A DNA stretch of 63,944 bases, counting the filler, from Octopus bimaculoides (Eukaryota): the NCBI RefSeq assembly GCF_001194135.2. It is 8 parts of 7 records of this genome, joined end to end, with 100 filler letters (N's around TTAATTAATTAA, not from the genome) between each part and the next. Parts side by side here need not be neighbours in the genome. Positions count along the whole stretch, not along the records: positions 5,917 to 29,243 come from NC_068994.1; 7 more parts are not named here. One strand, 5' to 3'. The notes beneath the pieces are model-generated. The model was not told where the DNA came from and did no database searches. It saw only the letters and a program-made list of their open reading frames with translations. Position numbers and translations under genes: made by a program. Positions 13,298 through 26,433 of this stretch are shown here, piece by piece. Each line of letters opens with the position of its first letter. Position 1 is the stretch's first letter.

Positions 13298-13684
13298 TGT
13301 GTGTGTTCGCACTCCATCGCTTACGACGTCGAGGGTTCCAGTAGATCCGATCAACAGAACAGCCTGCTCGTGAAATTAACGTGCAAGTGGCTGAGCACTC
13401 CACAGACACGTGTACCCTTAACGTAGTTCTCGGGGATATTCAGCGTGACACAGTGTGACAAGGCTGACCCTTTGAATTACAGGCACAACAGAAACAGGAA
13501 GTAAGAGTGAGAGAAAGTTGTGGTGAAAGAGTACAGTAGGGTTCGCCACCATCCATGCCGGAGCCTCGTGGAGCTGTAGGTGTTTCCGCTCAATAAACAC
13601 TCACAACGCCCGGTCTAGGAATCGAAATCGCGATCCTATGACCGCGAGTCCGCTGCCCTAACCACTGGGCAATTGCGCCTCCAC
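13298..13684 (-). mobile_element. Full-length SINE B1, inverted relative to 10159-10542, 12-bp TSD
   Basis: RC matches 10159-10542 throughout; TSD TTCACATAATCT at 13286-13297 and 13685-13696. Confidence 0.85.
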
Positions 13685-14217
13685 TTCACATAATCTACAC
13701 AATAGTGATTCTGCAGTCTTTTCAATGCTGCACTTGATCCAGTTGATACATATAACTTGTTCTTGAGCTGCAACGATCAATCCTTATGCCTCCTTCTGAA
13801 AAAAAATCTATGTCCTAATCGTCTCCTGGATTTATAATTATGTTTGTTGGAAAAACTCTTCATGTAGGACTTTCTCTTTCCAGTTGATGGTCTTTACTTC
13901 ATTAGTTCTCATTTTGTACCCCTGGAGGGTCTTATCATTGTCACTGATCACCTTCTCACTCACTGTAGTCCGAAACATTCTTTCATTACTCTCTCTAAGA
14001 CGGGCATGCAAGGACTTGGTCTCCTTTGTAATACTATCCTCTATTCCAATACTATCTTCACTTCCACCTTCCTTCCTTTTATTGTTGTTGTTGTTGTTTC
14101 TTTTATACAAATGTGGTGTATCGACTGAATCCTTAGAGCTGTGGGTAAAATTTCCGTTGGTATTAAATTACGCTACTTTTACATTTTGGGGTTTCAAATC
14201 TCGCCGCAGTCTTAGTC

Positions 14218-14539
14218 TATCATCGTCATCATCATCATCATCATCATCATCAGCATCATCATCATAATCATCATCTTTCGTCGACGTCTTCGTAATCATC
14301 ATCATCATCATCATCATCATCGTTAGCAGTACTAGCAGCAGCAGCAGCAGCAGCAACAACAACAGGAACAATTTTCTCCTCCTTTTTCTCTTCTTCCTCC
14401 TCCTCAACAACAACGTCGTCGTCATCGTCGTCAACATCGTCTTAGCCAATCGTCATCGTCGTCATCGTTCGTCGTTGTCATCGTCGTTGTCGTCGTCATC
14501 CTCCTCCTCCCCTTCCTTGTCGTCGTCATCGCCATCATC

Positions 14540-14619
<80 letters not shown>

Positions 14620-14787
14620 TATCATCATCATCTTGGTTGTCGTCATCGTCGTCTTTCTCCTCCTCCTCCTCCTCCTCATCATCATCATCATCATCCTCAT
14701 TATCTTCATCATGGTTGTCATTGTCGTCGTCGTCGTCATCCTCCTCCTCCTCCGCCTCTTCCTCATCGTCATCATCGTCATCATAAT
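14218..14787. repeat. Compound trinucleotide low-complexity array (CAT/CGT/CCT)n
   Basis: Direct reading; yields homopolymer ORFs in several frames. Confidence 0.9.
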
Positions 14788-15179
14788 CGCTTACTATCAC
14801 CGCTCACCGTTCCTCGTTCCTCGTTACGTATCGTCTGCTCCCAGCAGGCTCTATCTTCTCTCCCCGGTCTCTTTCTCCTGGCTCTCCTTTACATACAACA
14901 TCATATCCGCTCCGCTTCAAGTCTGTCTTGTCGTTTCATGCCGCGGCTTACTTAAAACAAATAATACCAGTCAAAGCAGTGGGTTCTGTTCTGTTTAATC
15001 AGCTGACAGAACCCCACCCTCCTCCCTTTCTCACTCCTCTCCACACACAAACAATATTTGTGGCATTGTGATTAACTTGGAAATGTTTCTTATGATTAAA
15101 ACAGAAATGAAAGATACGCGAAAGCCAATGAGATAAAGGAATAAACGGTGAAGACGGACAATGGTATTTGTATTATATG

Positions 15180-15930
15180 GATAGAGAGAGAGGGAGAGGG
15201 AGAGAGAGAGAGAGAGAGAGAGGAAGAGAAAGAGAGTGGAGGAGGAGGAGGAGATAGGAGACAGAGAGAGAGAGAGAGAGAAGAGAGAGGTGAGGAAGGA
15301 GAAGTAGGAGACAGAGAGAGATGGGGCGGACGAGAGGGAGATGGGGAGAACAAGAGAAGGGGAGAGAGATGGGAGAGAAATAGATAGAAGAGGTAGGTGG
15401 GGATGGAGAAGTAGGAGACAGAGAGAGATGAGAGAAGAACGTGAGAGAGGAGGGAGGAAGATAGGGAGAAATAGGTGAAAAGTAATAGATAGGGAGAATG
15501 AGAATAAGAGGAAGAGAAAGAGAGAGGGAAGGGAGAGACGAGGGGGAGATGAGGGGTAGAGAGAGGAAGGAAGAGAAAGATGGATAGAGAGAGAATGTGA
15601 AAGAGTGAGAAGGGCGGATAGGAAAGAAAGAAGAAACTGAGGCGAGAAAAAGAGAGAGGATGGAGGGAGAGGGAGAAAGAAGGAAGAGAAGTAGGAAGGA
15701 AGAGACAGGGAGGCATGGAGAAGTCGGGAGTGAGAGAGAGAGAGAGAAGGAGGGAGAGAAAAGAGAGGGGAGAAGGAGAAAAAGGGGAGGAGGAGAAAGA
15801 GGGGAGAATTGGAATGTGAGAAAGAGCTGCGAAAAGAGAGAGAGAGAGAGAGAACGGGAGAGAGAGAAAGAGAAATGGAGATAAAGGATGAGAGAGAGAG
15901 GGGTGAGAGAGGGAGAAAGATAGAAAAGTA
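15180..15930. repeat. About 750-bp polypurine (GA-rich) low-complexity tract
   Basis: + strand almost exclusively G/A. Confidence 0.9.
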
Positions 15931-17689
15931 GAGCAACAGATAAAACAGAAAGTGTACGTATGTATGTATGTATGTACGTATGTATGTATGTATGTATGTA
16001 TGTACGTGTATGCATGAGTTGTGTGTATATGTGTGGGGGGAAATGATTTTTTTTTCCTGTTGTTTGAAGTCTTGATTCATTAAGGCAAAAAACATAACGA
16101 CAGATTCTTCATTTAATCAATCATGAATATTTTCTCCTCTCTTCACACATAGAACCAACAAACAAACAAACAAACAAACGAGAGTACAGAACGCATACAT
16201 ACCGAGTACATATACTCACATATACGTGCGTCCATGTCGTATACATATACAAACATACGAACATACATATATGTATGTCTACAATCAGATACTCATATAT
16301 GTATACGTGTAAAGACATATATATGTATATGAATANNNNNNNNNNNNNNNNNNNNNNNNNNNNNNNNNNNNNNNNNNNNNNNNNNNNNNNNNNNNNNNNN
16401 NNNNNNNNNNNNNNNNNNNNNNNNNNNNNNNNNNNNNNNNNNNNNNNNNNNNNNNNNNNNNNNNNNNNNNNNNNNNNNNNNNNNNNNNNNNNNNNNNNNN
16501 NNNNNNNNNNNNNNNNNNNNNNNNNNNNNNNNNNNNNNNNNNNNNNNNNNNNNNNNNNNNNNNNNNNNNNNNNNNNNNNNNNNNNNNNNNNNNNNNNNNN
16601 NNNNNNNNNNNNNNNNNNNNNNNNNNNNNNNNNNNNNNNNNNNNNNNNNNNNNNNNNNNNNNNNNNNNNNNNNNNNNNNNNNNNNNNNNNNNNNNNNNNN
16701 NNNNNNNNNNNNNNNNNNNNNNNNNNNNNNNNNNNNNNNNNNNNNNNNNNNNNNNNNNNNNNNNNNNNNNNNNNNNNNNNNNNNNNNNNNNNNNNNNNNN
16801 NNNNNNNNNNNNNNNNNNNNNNNNNNNNNNNNNNNNNNNNNNNNNNNNNNNNNNNNNNNNNNNNNNNNNNNNNNNNNNNNNNNNNNNNNNNNNNNNNNNN
16901 NNNNNNNNNNNNNNNNNNNNNNNNNNNNNNNNNNNNNNNNNNNNNNNNNNNNNNNNNNNNNNNNNNNNNNNNNNNNNNNNNNNNNNNNNNNNNNNNNNNN
17001 NNNNNNNNNNNNNNNNNNNNNNNNNNNNNNNNNNNNNNNNNNNNNNNNNNNNNNNNNNNNNNNNNNNNNNNNNNNNNNNNNNNNNNNNNNNNNNNNNNNN
17101 NNNNNNNNNNNNNNNNNNNNNGTTATTATTTGTATATTCTCCCATATATATATATGATGATGAAGGGATATTCCAAGGGGCTTTCCGTTTTCCTATGTGT
17201 TCGTTCCGTTGTCTGTAGTTTATTGTTCTAACGTCCTGTACCCTGATATGCATGTATATACACATGTAGATGTAAGTATGTACATATATGTGTGTATACA
17301 TGTATATATATTCTTTGTATTATATATATATATAGATAGATACATTTCTTTTATTAGCCACACAGGGCTCAACGAAGATGGGACAAATACAATGTAGAGC
17401 TTTTCTTTTGGGGAGGGGGAAGGAAGGAAGGAAAAAAAAAGTGGTGGTGTCGATCAAAAGGGATCGTAGGAAGGGAAAGATAGATAGATAGATAGATGAT
17501 AGATAGATAGATAGACAGACAGGTACATACATACATACATACATACTACATACATCATACGTGCATACATGTATATACACATACACTCACACACACAATA
17601 CGCACACATACGCGCACACGCGCGCACACGCACGCACACACACACACAGAAGCTTGCCCACGCACACTAACGCTTTACTGCATCAACCA

Positions 17690-18030
17690 CCACCAGGATT
17701 CATTATTACCTGAGATGCTTTTGTATCATCAGTATGGCTAATGAGAGTAGCTGTTAGTATTGTTGAGGAAGTATGTCTGACAGAAGCCACCACAAACAGC
17801 AAAGTAATGGCTCGATGACAGTCACCAGTGGAACTCAACTCGAAATTGATGTTTCCTCTGAGAGAGCAACGTTGGCTACGCTCCTCTGACTTTCGTCATC
17901 TTAAAAAAGTCTTGCAGACACTCTCCCAATTTCCTGGTTCTCCTGACTATGCTGATATCATGCAGCTGCAACCAAAGTCTCGTGGTCAACTTTCTCGAAG
18001 ACTTTCGCGAAGTTAAGAAATATAACGTCC
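17690..18030 (-). mobile_element. Decayed CR1-type LINE reverse-transcriptase fragment
   Basis: With frameshifts: FAKVFEKVDH...KLGE.LQDF...VVANVALSEETSISS*VPLVTVIEPLLF...HTDDTKASQVI, matching AFDKVDH...GVPQGTVLGPLLF...YADDTK. Confidence 0.65.
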
Positions 18031-18360
18031 ACGGATTGAGTAAACAGCTGTCGTAAGGAAGCTTATGCGTGTGGTCTTCCATTTTTAATTATTTGAAGTC
18101 TTCTTGTAAGGAAGGAACTGGTCTCTAACAAAGATACAAACTTTGTCAATGGAATGTAGATAAAAACAATGTCACATTTTGAAATTGAGAGAAGTCTTGT
18201 ATTTTTATTACTGTTTTACTTACAGATTGTATTTCTAATGTGCACTTTAGCTGCTAGGGTAAATTTTTCTGAAACCCCTACCTTTTTCTGATCGTCACTT
18301 CGGCATTTATTCATAAAACCAAGTGCACCAATTATTATTGGTGTCAATATGAATTTATAA

Positions 18361-18409
<49 letters not shown>

Positions 18410-19124
18410 NNNNNNNNNNNNNNNNNNNNNNNNNNNNNNNNNNNNNNNNNNNNNNNNNNNNNNNNNNNNNNNNNNNNNNNNNNNNNNNNNNNNNNNNNNN
18501 NNNNNNNNNNNNNNNNNNNNNNNNNNNNNNNNNNNNNNNNNNNNNNNNNNNNNNNNNNNNNNNNNNNNNNNNNNNNNNNNNNNNNNNNNNNNNNNNNNNN
18601 NNNNNNNNNNNNNNNNNNNNNNNNNNNNNNNNNNNNNNNNNNNNNNNNNNNNNNNNNNNNNNNNNNNNNNNNNNNNNNNNNNNNNNNNNNNNNNNNNNNN
18701 NNNNNNNNNNNNNNNNNNNNNNNNNNNTATATATATATATATATATGTATGTAGGTATATATGTATATGTGTACGTGCGTACGATTATATGTGTGTGTAT
18801 GTGCGTATGTGTGTGTGTGTGTGTGTGCGTGTGTGTGTGTGTGTGTGTGCGTGTGTGTGCGTGCATATATACATAAACTCTCAACTATCGCTCGCTCGAT
18901 CTACTTAACTACTTACCTACTTATGTATTCTAGCAAAGCTAGATTTGTATTGATATATTTTGAAAGCCATGTACATACATTCATACATAATGTTGTTAAA
19001 ATCTATGTGCAATAAATCTCCTATATTTCTACATTACACAAGATATTTTAACAATTCTTTATACAATTTCTAATAATCTAATAATATTTAATTATAAAAA
19101 TCGGGTAAAGTGCTAAAGACACCC

Positions 19125-19405
19125 CTCGGTCATGAATGTCCAAAGTACAAGTCCAAGCAAGCTTGTTCATGGAAGAGCAGCAGTCTCCCATGCATACCAA
19201 TCTCCCTTCTCCACGCCACCGACGTTATCCAAGAGAAAGACAAAGCCTGGCCTCTGACGGCGCAACTCATTTCTACGGCTGAGTGAACTGGAGCAACGTG
19301 AAATAAAGAAATTTGCTCAAAAACACGACACAGCCGAGTCAGGGAAACAAACTCGCTACTTCATGATTGTGAGCCCAACGCTCTAAAAACTGAGCCATGC
19401 GCCTA
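19125..19405 (-). mobile_element. tRNA-derived SINE with CORE-like domain and a different 3' tail
   Basis: RC head ggcgcatggctcag..., CORE-like ttatttcacgttgctccagttcactcagccgtagaaatgag; tail unlike B1/B2. Confidence 0.6.
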
Positions 19406-21100
19406 AAAATATAATAGGATATTTTAGATATTGAATTGGTATGATGGTCCAGTAGAATATAATCTGAATCAAAGGGATCTATAGGCAAAAAAATGATTGT
19501 AAAACACTGCCTTTGACCATAAGACTCATAGATTTATTTTAATACACGATTCCGATCAGCAATCACTGGTTGATGATCATTGTCAAGAATGACGAAGAAT
19601 AACTTCCTACATTCACTTCCAGATTTACTGTATATCAGATGGGATTTGTACAAACTAAAAGAAAAATTAATTATATGGCATGTTAGATAATGTCTCCACT
19701 TAGACACAGATATGCATCTAACATATACACATACACAAATACATATAGCCATGTACACCCCCCTCTTTCTTTCTCCCTGTATGTTGTCCACTCAGAAATG
19801 CTTACACATACCTACACACATACACACACATACACGCATACACATCATGCCCTGAGAAACAGTGAAACCATCAAGAGAGTTACTTGAATCCCAAATCGCC
19901 AATAAAGACCCTTTCTTTGATGTTCTTTCCTTTTCTTTTGAAGGGGCAGATACCGATACACGCATTTTATCCTGATCAATACAGTATTATAGTGACGATG
20001 ATGATGACGACGACGATGACGACCATGGTGATGGTGATGATGATGATGACGACGACGACGACGACCATTGTGATGATGATGATGACAACGACGATGACGA
20101 CAACATCGACGATGTTTATGATGATGATGAAGATGCTGTTGCTATTTTTTCTCAGACATAGCCTATCCAACACTACATTATCTAATGCAACCTTATTTTT
20201 AAAACAGTATACAATGTGATTCGAGAGAGATTTGACTGCTATTTCAAACAGATCGAGCAACCTCGTTGGCTGTACTATTTACCAGTCAAGGATGGCAGCT
20301 GCTAAATGGTGCATCACAAAGTATATCAAATTGTATCACAGATTTTTCAAAAATAGATTGTAAAGAATTAGAACGTCCATACTAATGGTTGAATATCTTG
20401 ATAATTGGGATCTTCAGAATTGTCTAGTATAGAAATATGATTAATGATATCTAATTATCGCATGAGCCCAGCAATTCTGAAATGGGATGGTTAGTCGACA
20501 CCAGTGGCCTCAGTGTTGACTGTTGCTTTATTTTATGAACCTCGGAAGGATGAAAGGCAAAGCCAACCCCAACAGGATTTGAACTCAACGTAAAGAGCTA
20601 AGAGAAATGCTGCAAATGTAAAGTTTCCAATGCTTTTACAATCCTACCAGCCAGCCAGCCAGTCAGCGAGTAGCATAAACAATCATGATTAACGTACAAG
20701 TCGACGTGATATATGGTGTTAATATGTGGTGTAAACCTTTCAGAAATCGCCATTATCTTTCCAAATCCTGCTGCATTTCACATGAAAATTTTAGATTTCT
20801 AAAGTCATCTTGGTGTAAAAGTCAAACGATATCGTTTTGGCTGCAAATTTTGATCTCAAAATTTCGACTAATATGCGAAAAAATAAGACAATAAAAGAAT
20901 AGTTTTCTGTAAGGTTTTAAATGTTTGACTTCAAAAATTTATTCAAACACTTCATGTCAAGAGCGCCAGAATCCAGTGTACCTTGACTTCTGCTAGCCTA
21001 ATTAATTACCTGTTGATGTATCCCTTAGATCCTCTAGTCAACCCCTATCTTCAATAACTTGTCAGCCATCCAAATTGCTGCTATCGCAACTTTAGTAATT

Positions 21101-21565
21101 CTTTTACTCTTTTACTTGTTTCAGTCATTTGACAGCGGCCATGCTGGAGCACCGCCTTTAGTCGAGCAAATCCACCCCAGGACTTATTTTTTGGAAGCCT
21201 AGTACTTATTCTATCGATCTCTTTTACCGAACCGTTAAGTTACGGGGACGTAAACACACCACCATCGGTTGTCAAGTGATGGTGGGGGGACGAACAGACA
21301 CACACNNNNNNNNNNNNNNNNNNNNNNNNNNNNNNNNNNNNNNNNNNNNNNNNNNNNNNNNNNNNNNNNNNNNNNNNNNNNNNNNNNNNNNNNNNNNNNN
21401 NNNNNNNNNNNNNNNNNNNNNNNNNNNNNNNNNNNNNNNNNNNNNNNNNNNNNNNNNNNNNNNNNNNNNNNNNNNNNNNNNNNNNNNNNNNNNNNNNNNN
21501 NNNNNNNNNNNNNNNNNCCATGTGGTTGGTAAACAAGCTACTTACCACATAGCCAGTATGCGCCT
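21101..21565 (-). mobile_element. SINE family A with internal microsatellite hidden in N gap
   Basis: Tail 21101-21305 and head 21518-21565 flank the gap in correct order and orientation; head matches 29022 and 62643-62806. Confidence 0.8.
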
Positions 21566-21704
21566 ATATAAAAATAAGCAACCTTAATCGATTTTCAAAC
21601 CTTACTGCATTCTCATCAAAGGCGTCTGAATGATAATTAACACCTGAGCTTCTTGGTTAATTTGGATCTCTTTCTCTCTCTATCTATCTGTCTGTCTGTC
21701 TGTC

Positions 21705-21751
<47 letters not shown>

Positions 21752-22815
21752 CTTTTTCTCTCAGAGACTCTGTTTCAACTCCATTTCTTTCTTACATAGG
21801 ATTTGTCCATTGGAGGTTTTGACACCCGACTTTGTGCTTTATGTCTTTCTAAATTTTGCTTATTTCACGGGGTCTCTCTTTTTTTATTGTTCTTTATCAT
21901 ATGAGTTGAAGTACACAAGCGATCTTTTAGATCACCACTGCATCCTGAATAAACTAGAGGACCGAAATTAAATAAATGAAAGTTTATCATTGGAATGCCT
22001 TTGATCAGAGATTTGGAAATAACTTGCTTGTGTTAGTGCTACCATTCAAAAGTTCATATAACTTTCAAGAGTCATCAGGAGAGAATGCGCAGTTTTGCGG
22101 TCTTCCTCTCGACAGCTTTACCGCGCACTACCCCACTCCAGCCCATCCACCGATGTAAAGCCCGGCCTACTGGATCGACTGGCTATTATTTAACCATCGA
22201 CATTCGATTTAGTAGATAAAACGACTACGTAGAGACACCCTTGTTGATTCTAGTTATCGTGGTGTCGCGGTTGGAGTTGGTTAGTGAGATAGAAAAAATG
22301 GTTAAAAAAAAAACAAAAAATAATAATAAAACGAAGCACAACAGAAACACTGAATGTTTAAGTTTCCTGTGTTCAAATCCCAGGGGACTTAAATCTGCCT
22401 TTTCATGCCTCTGGTTAGAAAATATGTTTCTGTAGCAAAAGAACTGTAGATCGATAACGATCGTATTGATCAAATATTCTCTTGCCTTATTAAATTGACC
22501 TTAGGGGTGAACATTCTAGGCTAGAGGTCATTCTAGGTTAAGGAATTTCATCGTTATAAACTATTGGCTCTTCATTTTGTTTGGTTTTATTTCTTCAGGT
22601 AATGGAATGGCAGCTACACTGCAACAAAAAGATGGATTTCTTGGATTAAATATACTTTATTTAGAATATCGTTTAATATCGAGCTGTATTCGTTGTGCTC
22701 CATTCTTCTACGTTCTGTCTTCGGGTATCTACGAAAAGATCAAGAAGAAACGAGTCCCCAACCATCTGATGCCTTTGTAGCAAATAAAAGAAGTCACCAT
22801 CCTCCTCCTCCTCCT

Positions 22816-22861
<46 letters not shown>

Positions 22862-22874
22862 GTCAACATCATCG

Positions 22875-22907
<33 letters not shown>

Positions 22908-23164
22908 GATTAGACTGTTGCTAAAGAAAAATTCCTAACATCGGACTACAACCTTAGATGCCAACAACTTTCCTTAGTATCCTAGCTGTCCCTAATAACT
23001 CTTGTTTTCTGGAGCTGTACTAAACTAGGTTTCATGCCTATTTCCCCTATCCATCTGTTCAAATCTTTAGGGACAATTCATAATGAACCTATAACTACTG
23101 GCATACATTTTACCCGCACTTTCAATAGTCTTTGTAATTCAATGGCTAGATCCTGGTACTCTGC

Positions 23165-23199
<35 letters not shown>

Positions 23200-23201
<2 letters not shown>

Positions 23202-23412
23202 GAGTGAAGGAGCAGTGCATGCTATCAAAGTGACACGGGTTAAATATACGAAGCCCAGTATACCCATCATGACTACCCGTCTGATAAGGGGACACCAGGC
23301 ACATGCGTCACAAACATATGTGCGCGACATGGTGATCTCATATCAAGATAAACAGCGCATGACCTCGCAGGTGGGGCCCAGTTAGAATTTTCTTTATGTT
23401 GAGTAACCCATC
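23200..23412 (-). mobile_element. Short copy of a non-coding element embedded in (TAA)n
   Basis: Highly similar to 23548-23730; flanked by (ATT)n and (TTG/TTA)n arrays. Confidence 0.7.
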
Positions 23413-23488
23413 CTGCTTGCTGCTGCTGTTGTTGTTGTTGTTATTATTATTGTTGTTGTTGTTATTGTTGTTGTTGTTGTTATTATTA

Positions 23489-23547
<59 letters not shown>

Positions 23548-24090
23548 GAGTGAGAAAGCAGCGTATGCCATCAAAGCGACACTGGGGTAAAATATACGAA
23601 TCCCTGCATGCCCAACATGATTACCCGTCTGATAAGTGTACACCAGGCACATGCATCACAACCATATGTGCATGACATTGTGATCTCATATCAAGATAAA
23701 CAATGCATTACTTTGCAGATGGGGCCCAGTCAGAATTTTCTATCCCGCTCAAAAGGCTCTTGAATAAGGGTTGTTTAAGAATGTTCAACGGAACACCCAC
23801 ATTTCCAGAGGTGAATTATTCATACCCCAAAGAATTCCTCTCAACACTTGGCTATAGTGCTTCCCCACTACTGCTGCTCGTGATCAAAGATGCACATATC
23901 GTCAGCCACCAAGGGACATGCTCAACTGGTTGAGGTCAAGCAACTGACAAGCAAATCTGTGGTATTGAGCAGAATATTTGCTGTAGCCCATCTTTTTATA
24001 CCAAGACAAAGCAATGTACATGATAACACTTCCAATCAGTTAAGATCAGAAACCATGAGAACCAGTGCCTAGTACTGCATCAGAGCATTT
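23548..24090 (-). mobile_element. Longer (~540 bp) copy of the same (TAA)n-embedded non-coding element
   Basis: Shares its terminal ~180 bp with 23200-23390; (ATT)n arrays on both sides; no recognisable ORF. Confidence 0.65.
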
Positions 24091-24121
24091 ACTATTATTA
24101 TTATTATTATTATTGTTGTTG

Positions 24122-24186
<65 letters not shown>

Positions 24187-24267
24187 TAGTTTTATTTTTA
24201 TAACGTGCTTTCACTTCACTACCGAGCGCAGCTCTGTGTGCCTTGGGTATGTGCTGTGGTTTGCTGT

Positions 24268-24725
24268 GGAGCTAGCAGAATCGTTTGTACATCGGTGGAA
24301 ATGTATAATGGTATATCTTTTGGCTCTTTACGTTTTGTGTTCAAATTCCACCAAAGTCGGCTTTATCTTTCATCCTTTCGGAGTCGATAAGATAAGTGTC
24401 AGCTCAACACAGGGATCGTTGTAATCGAAAAACCCACTTCCCGTCAAAATTTCAGGACTTATCCCTATAGTAGACAAGGTTATTATTGTTGTTGATGTTG
24501 ATGTTGTTGTTCCTGTTATTGTTACTGTAAGGGCACGCGCTGGCAGAATTAATAGAACATCGGAGAAATTGGCATGCGGTATTTGTTCAGGCTCTTTACA
24601 TCTTGAGTTCCAATGCCCCCGAGGTCATCTATGCGTTTCATTCTTCTAGGGTCGGTAAAATAAAGTGCCAGTCAAGTACTTGAGTCAATGATACCAACTA
24701 ACCCCCACCTTTCTCAAAATTATTG
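24268..24725 (+). mobile_element. Two degenerate tandem copies of SINE family C
   Basis: Heads gagctagcagaatcgtt (~24270) and gcgctggcagaatt (~24537); central ctttcatcctttcgg-gtcgataa-ataag domain as in 60796-61030. Confidence 0.65.
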
Positions 24726-26383
24726 TGAGACGTGTTTAGAATTGATCTGTGGTGACACGGATCGGTGATAGGTCAAAGATTCTGCTTGGACTGCCAAAGC
24801 ACATCCCAATGACCCTTCGCAATGCTCAGTACAACTTGGGGGCTATTTTTTCAATATGTTCTGTGATTCATTTGTCATTGATTCCTTTAACACATTGATT
24901 GCTTTTAATCAAACATTCGTGGTAAATGAGGATACTCTATGTACCATAGCACGCTGTGATACCCACTTAGCAGCGAATCACGCTATTGTGGAAAATAAAA
25001 CTTGGAAATAGAAGTACTATATATCTCGATTATATTTCCTTAGGGCTGTGTATATTATCAGATACATTAATAATTAACTTACAGCTGGGGTAACTCAAAT
25101 TGTCAACGAATATGCACACCAGTCTCTGCACTTGAACTCACAACGACTTGGCTACTTGACCAGTACACTCTTCTCGGCCATTAACCCTCTATAGACCAAC
25201 TGTATAAGCACAAACATATTAGAAACATTTGGATATGATTTGATCACCAATAGCTAATTTTACCTAGCTTTCAAGCAAAATCAACTGGTCTTTCATTTTT
25301 CCAATAAGCGACTGTTACAGCCATCGTAAAACGAAAACTAACTGTTAGTTTGCTTAGCTTTCACAGAAATTGTAAGCTAGCTATATATATTAAGTTTTAT
25401 TTGGTCGCTAGCAAAGTAAATGGTGTGTATTCGAGCGTAATGTTTGACAATTAATTAACGCTAACACCTATCCGACGTCGCTTTCGCTGTTTTAAATGAA
25501 GATAAGATTTCTCGATCGTGTTGATACGTCCGTGTATATATTAGCGGACGATAATGAACAACATCAACCAACACCACCACCACCACAACCATCACCATCA
25601 CCACTACCACAATCGCAACAACCATCGAATACCTAATCACTGGCAGCACAAACATATGTATATATATATATATATACATTAGTACGCAACGCATACGTAC
25701 AAACAAACACGGATGCACACACATACATCAGGTTATGAATAATGTTACACATAACACATTAAGTTGTTGACAGACTGAAATAGGAAAAAAAGAGAAAATT
25801 AGAGCATTAGATAAAAATATATATATATATATATATANNNNNNNNNNNNNNNNNNNNNNNNNNNNNNNNNNNNNNNNNNNNNNNNNNNNNNNNNNNNNNN
25901 NNNNNNNNNNNNNNNNNNNNNNNNNNNNNNNNNNNNNNNNNNNNNNNNNNNNNNNNNNNNNNNNNNNNNNNNNNNNNNNNNNNNNNNNNNNNNNNNNNNN
26001 NNNNNNNNNNNNNNNNNNNNNNNNNNNNNNNNNNNNNNNNNNNNNNNNNNNNNNNNNNNNNNNNNNNNNNNNNNNNNNNNNNNNNNNNNNNNNNNNNNNN
26101 NNNNNNNNNNNNNNNNNNNNNNNNNNNNNNNNNNNNNNNNNNNNNNNNNNNNNNNNNNNNNNNNNNNNNNNNNNNNNNNNNNNNNNNNNNNNNNNNNNNN
26201 NNNNNNNNNNNNNNNNNNNNNNNNNNNNNNNNNNNNNNNNNNNNNNNNNNNNNNNNNNNNNNNNNNNNNNNNNNNNNNNNNNNNNNNNNNNNNNNNNNNN
26301 NNAAAAATAAGTACTAGATGGATGGAAACTGAAAGTGAAAATGAAAGTGAAAGTCAGCGAAATCGATATATAAACACATGCAT

Positions 26384-26433
<50 letters not shown>

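Larger units (their letters stand above)
12660..14080 (-). mobile_element. R4/Dong-like non-LTR retrotransposon relic (post-RT region and RLE endonuclease), interrupted by a SINE
   Basis: 13838-14110 gives RKEGG...IED...WKEKVLHEEF; 12781-12950 gives WTFVDVAITADQKRVKTEIKEVEKYKDLAVEV...VIPITIGILG (PD-(D/E)xK RLE region). Confidence 0.75.

Noticed and set aside
14431-14800. Asp/Glu-rich ORF resembling an acidic biomineral or chaperone protein
   Set aside because: Pure trinucleotide array giving homopolymers in several frames (poly-D/E, poly-M/T, poly-S); no splice or start context.
15031-16095. 354-aa Leu/Ser/Phe-rich ORF
   Set aside because: Read-through of a polypyrimidine strand, which lacks stop codons by composition.
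22596-22780. ORF after a good acceptor with a vaguely GPCR-TM7-like segment (SSCIRCAPFFYVLSSGIYEKIKK)
   Set aside because: No NPxxY-like motif, no upstream partner exons, resemblance too weak to support.
22795-22910. Poly-His ORF
   Set aside because: (CAT)n microsatellite with no coding context.
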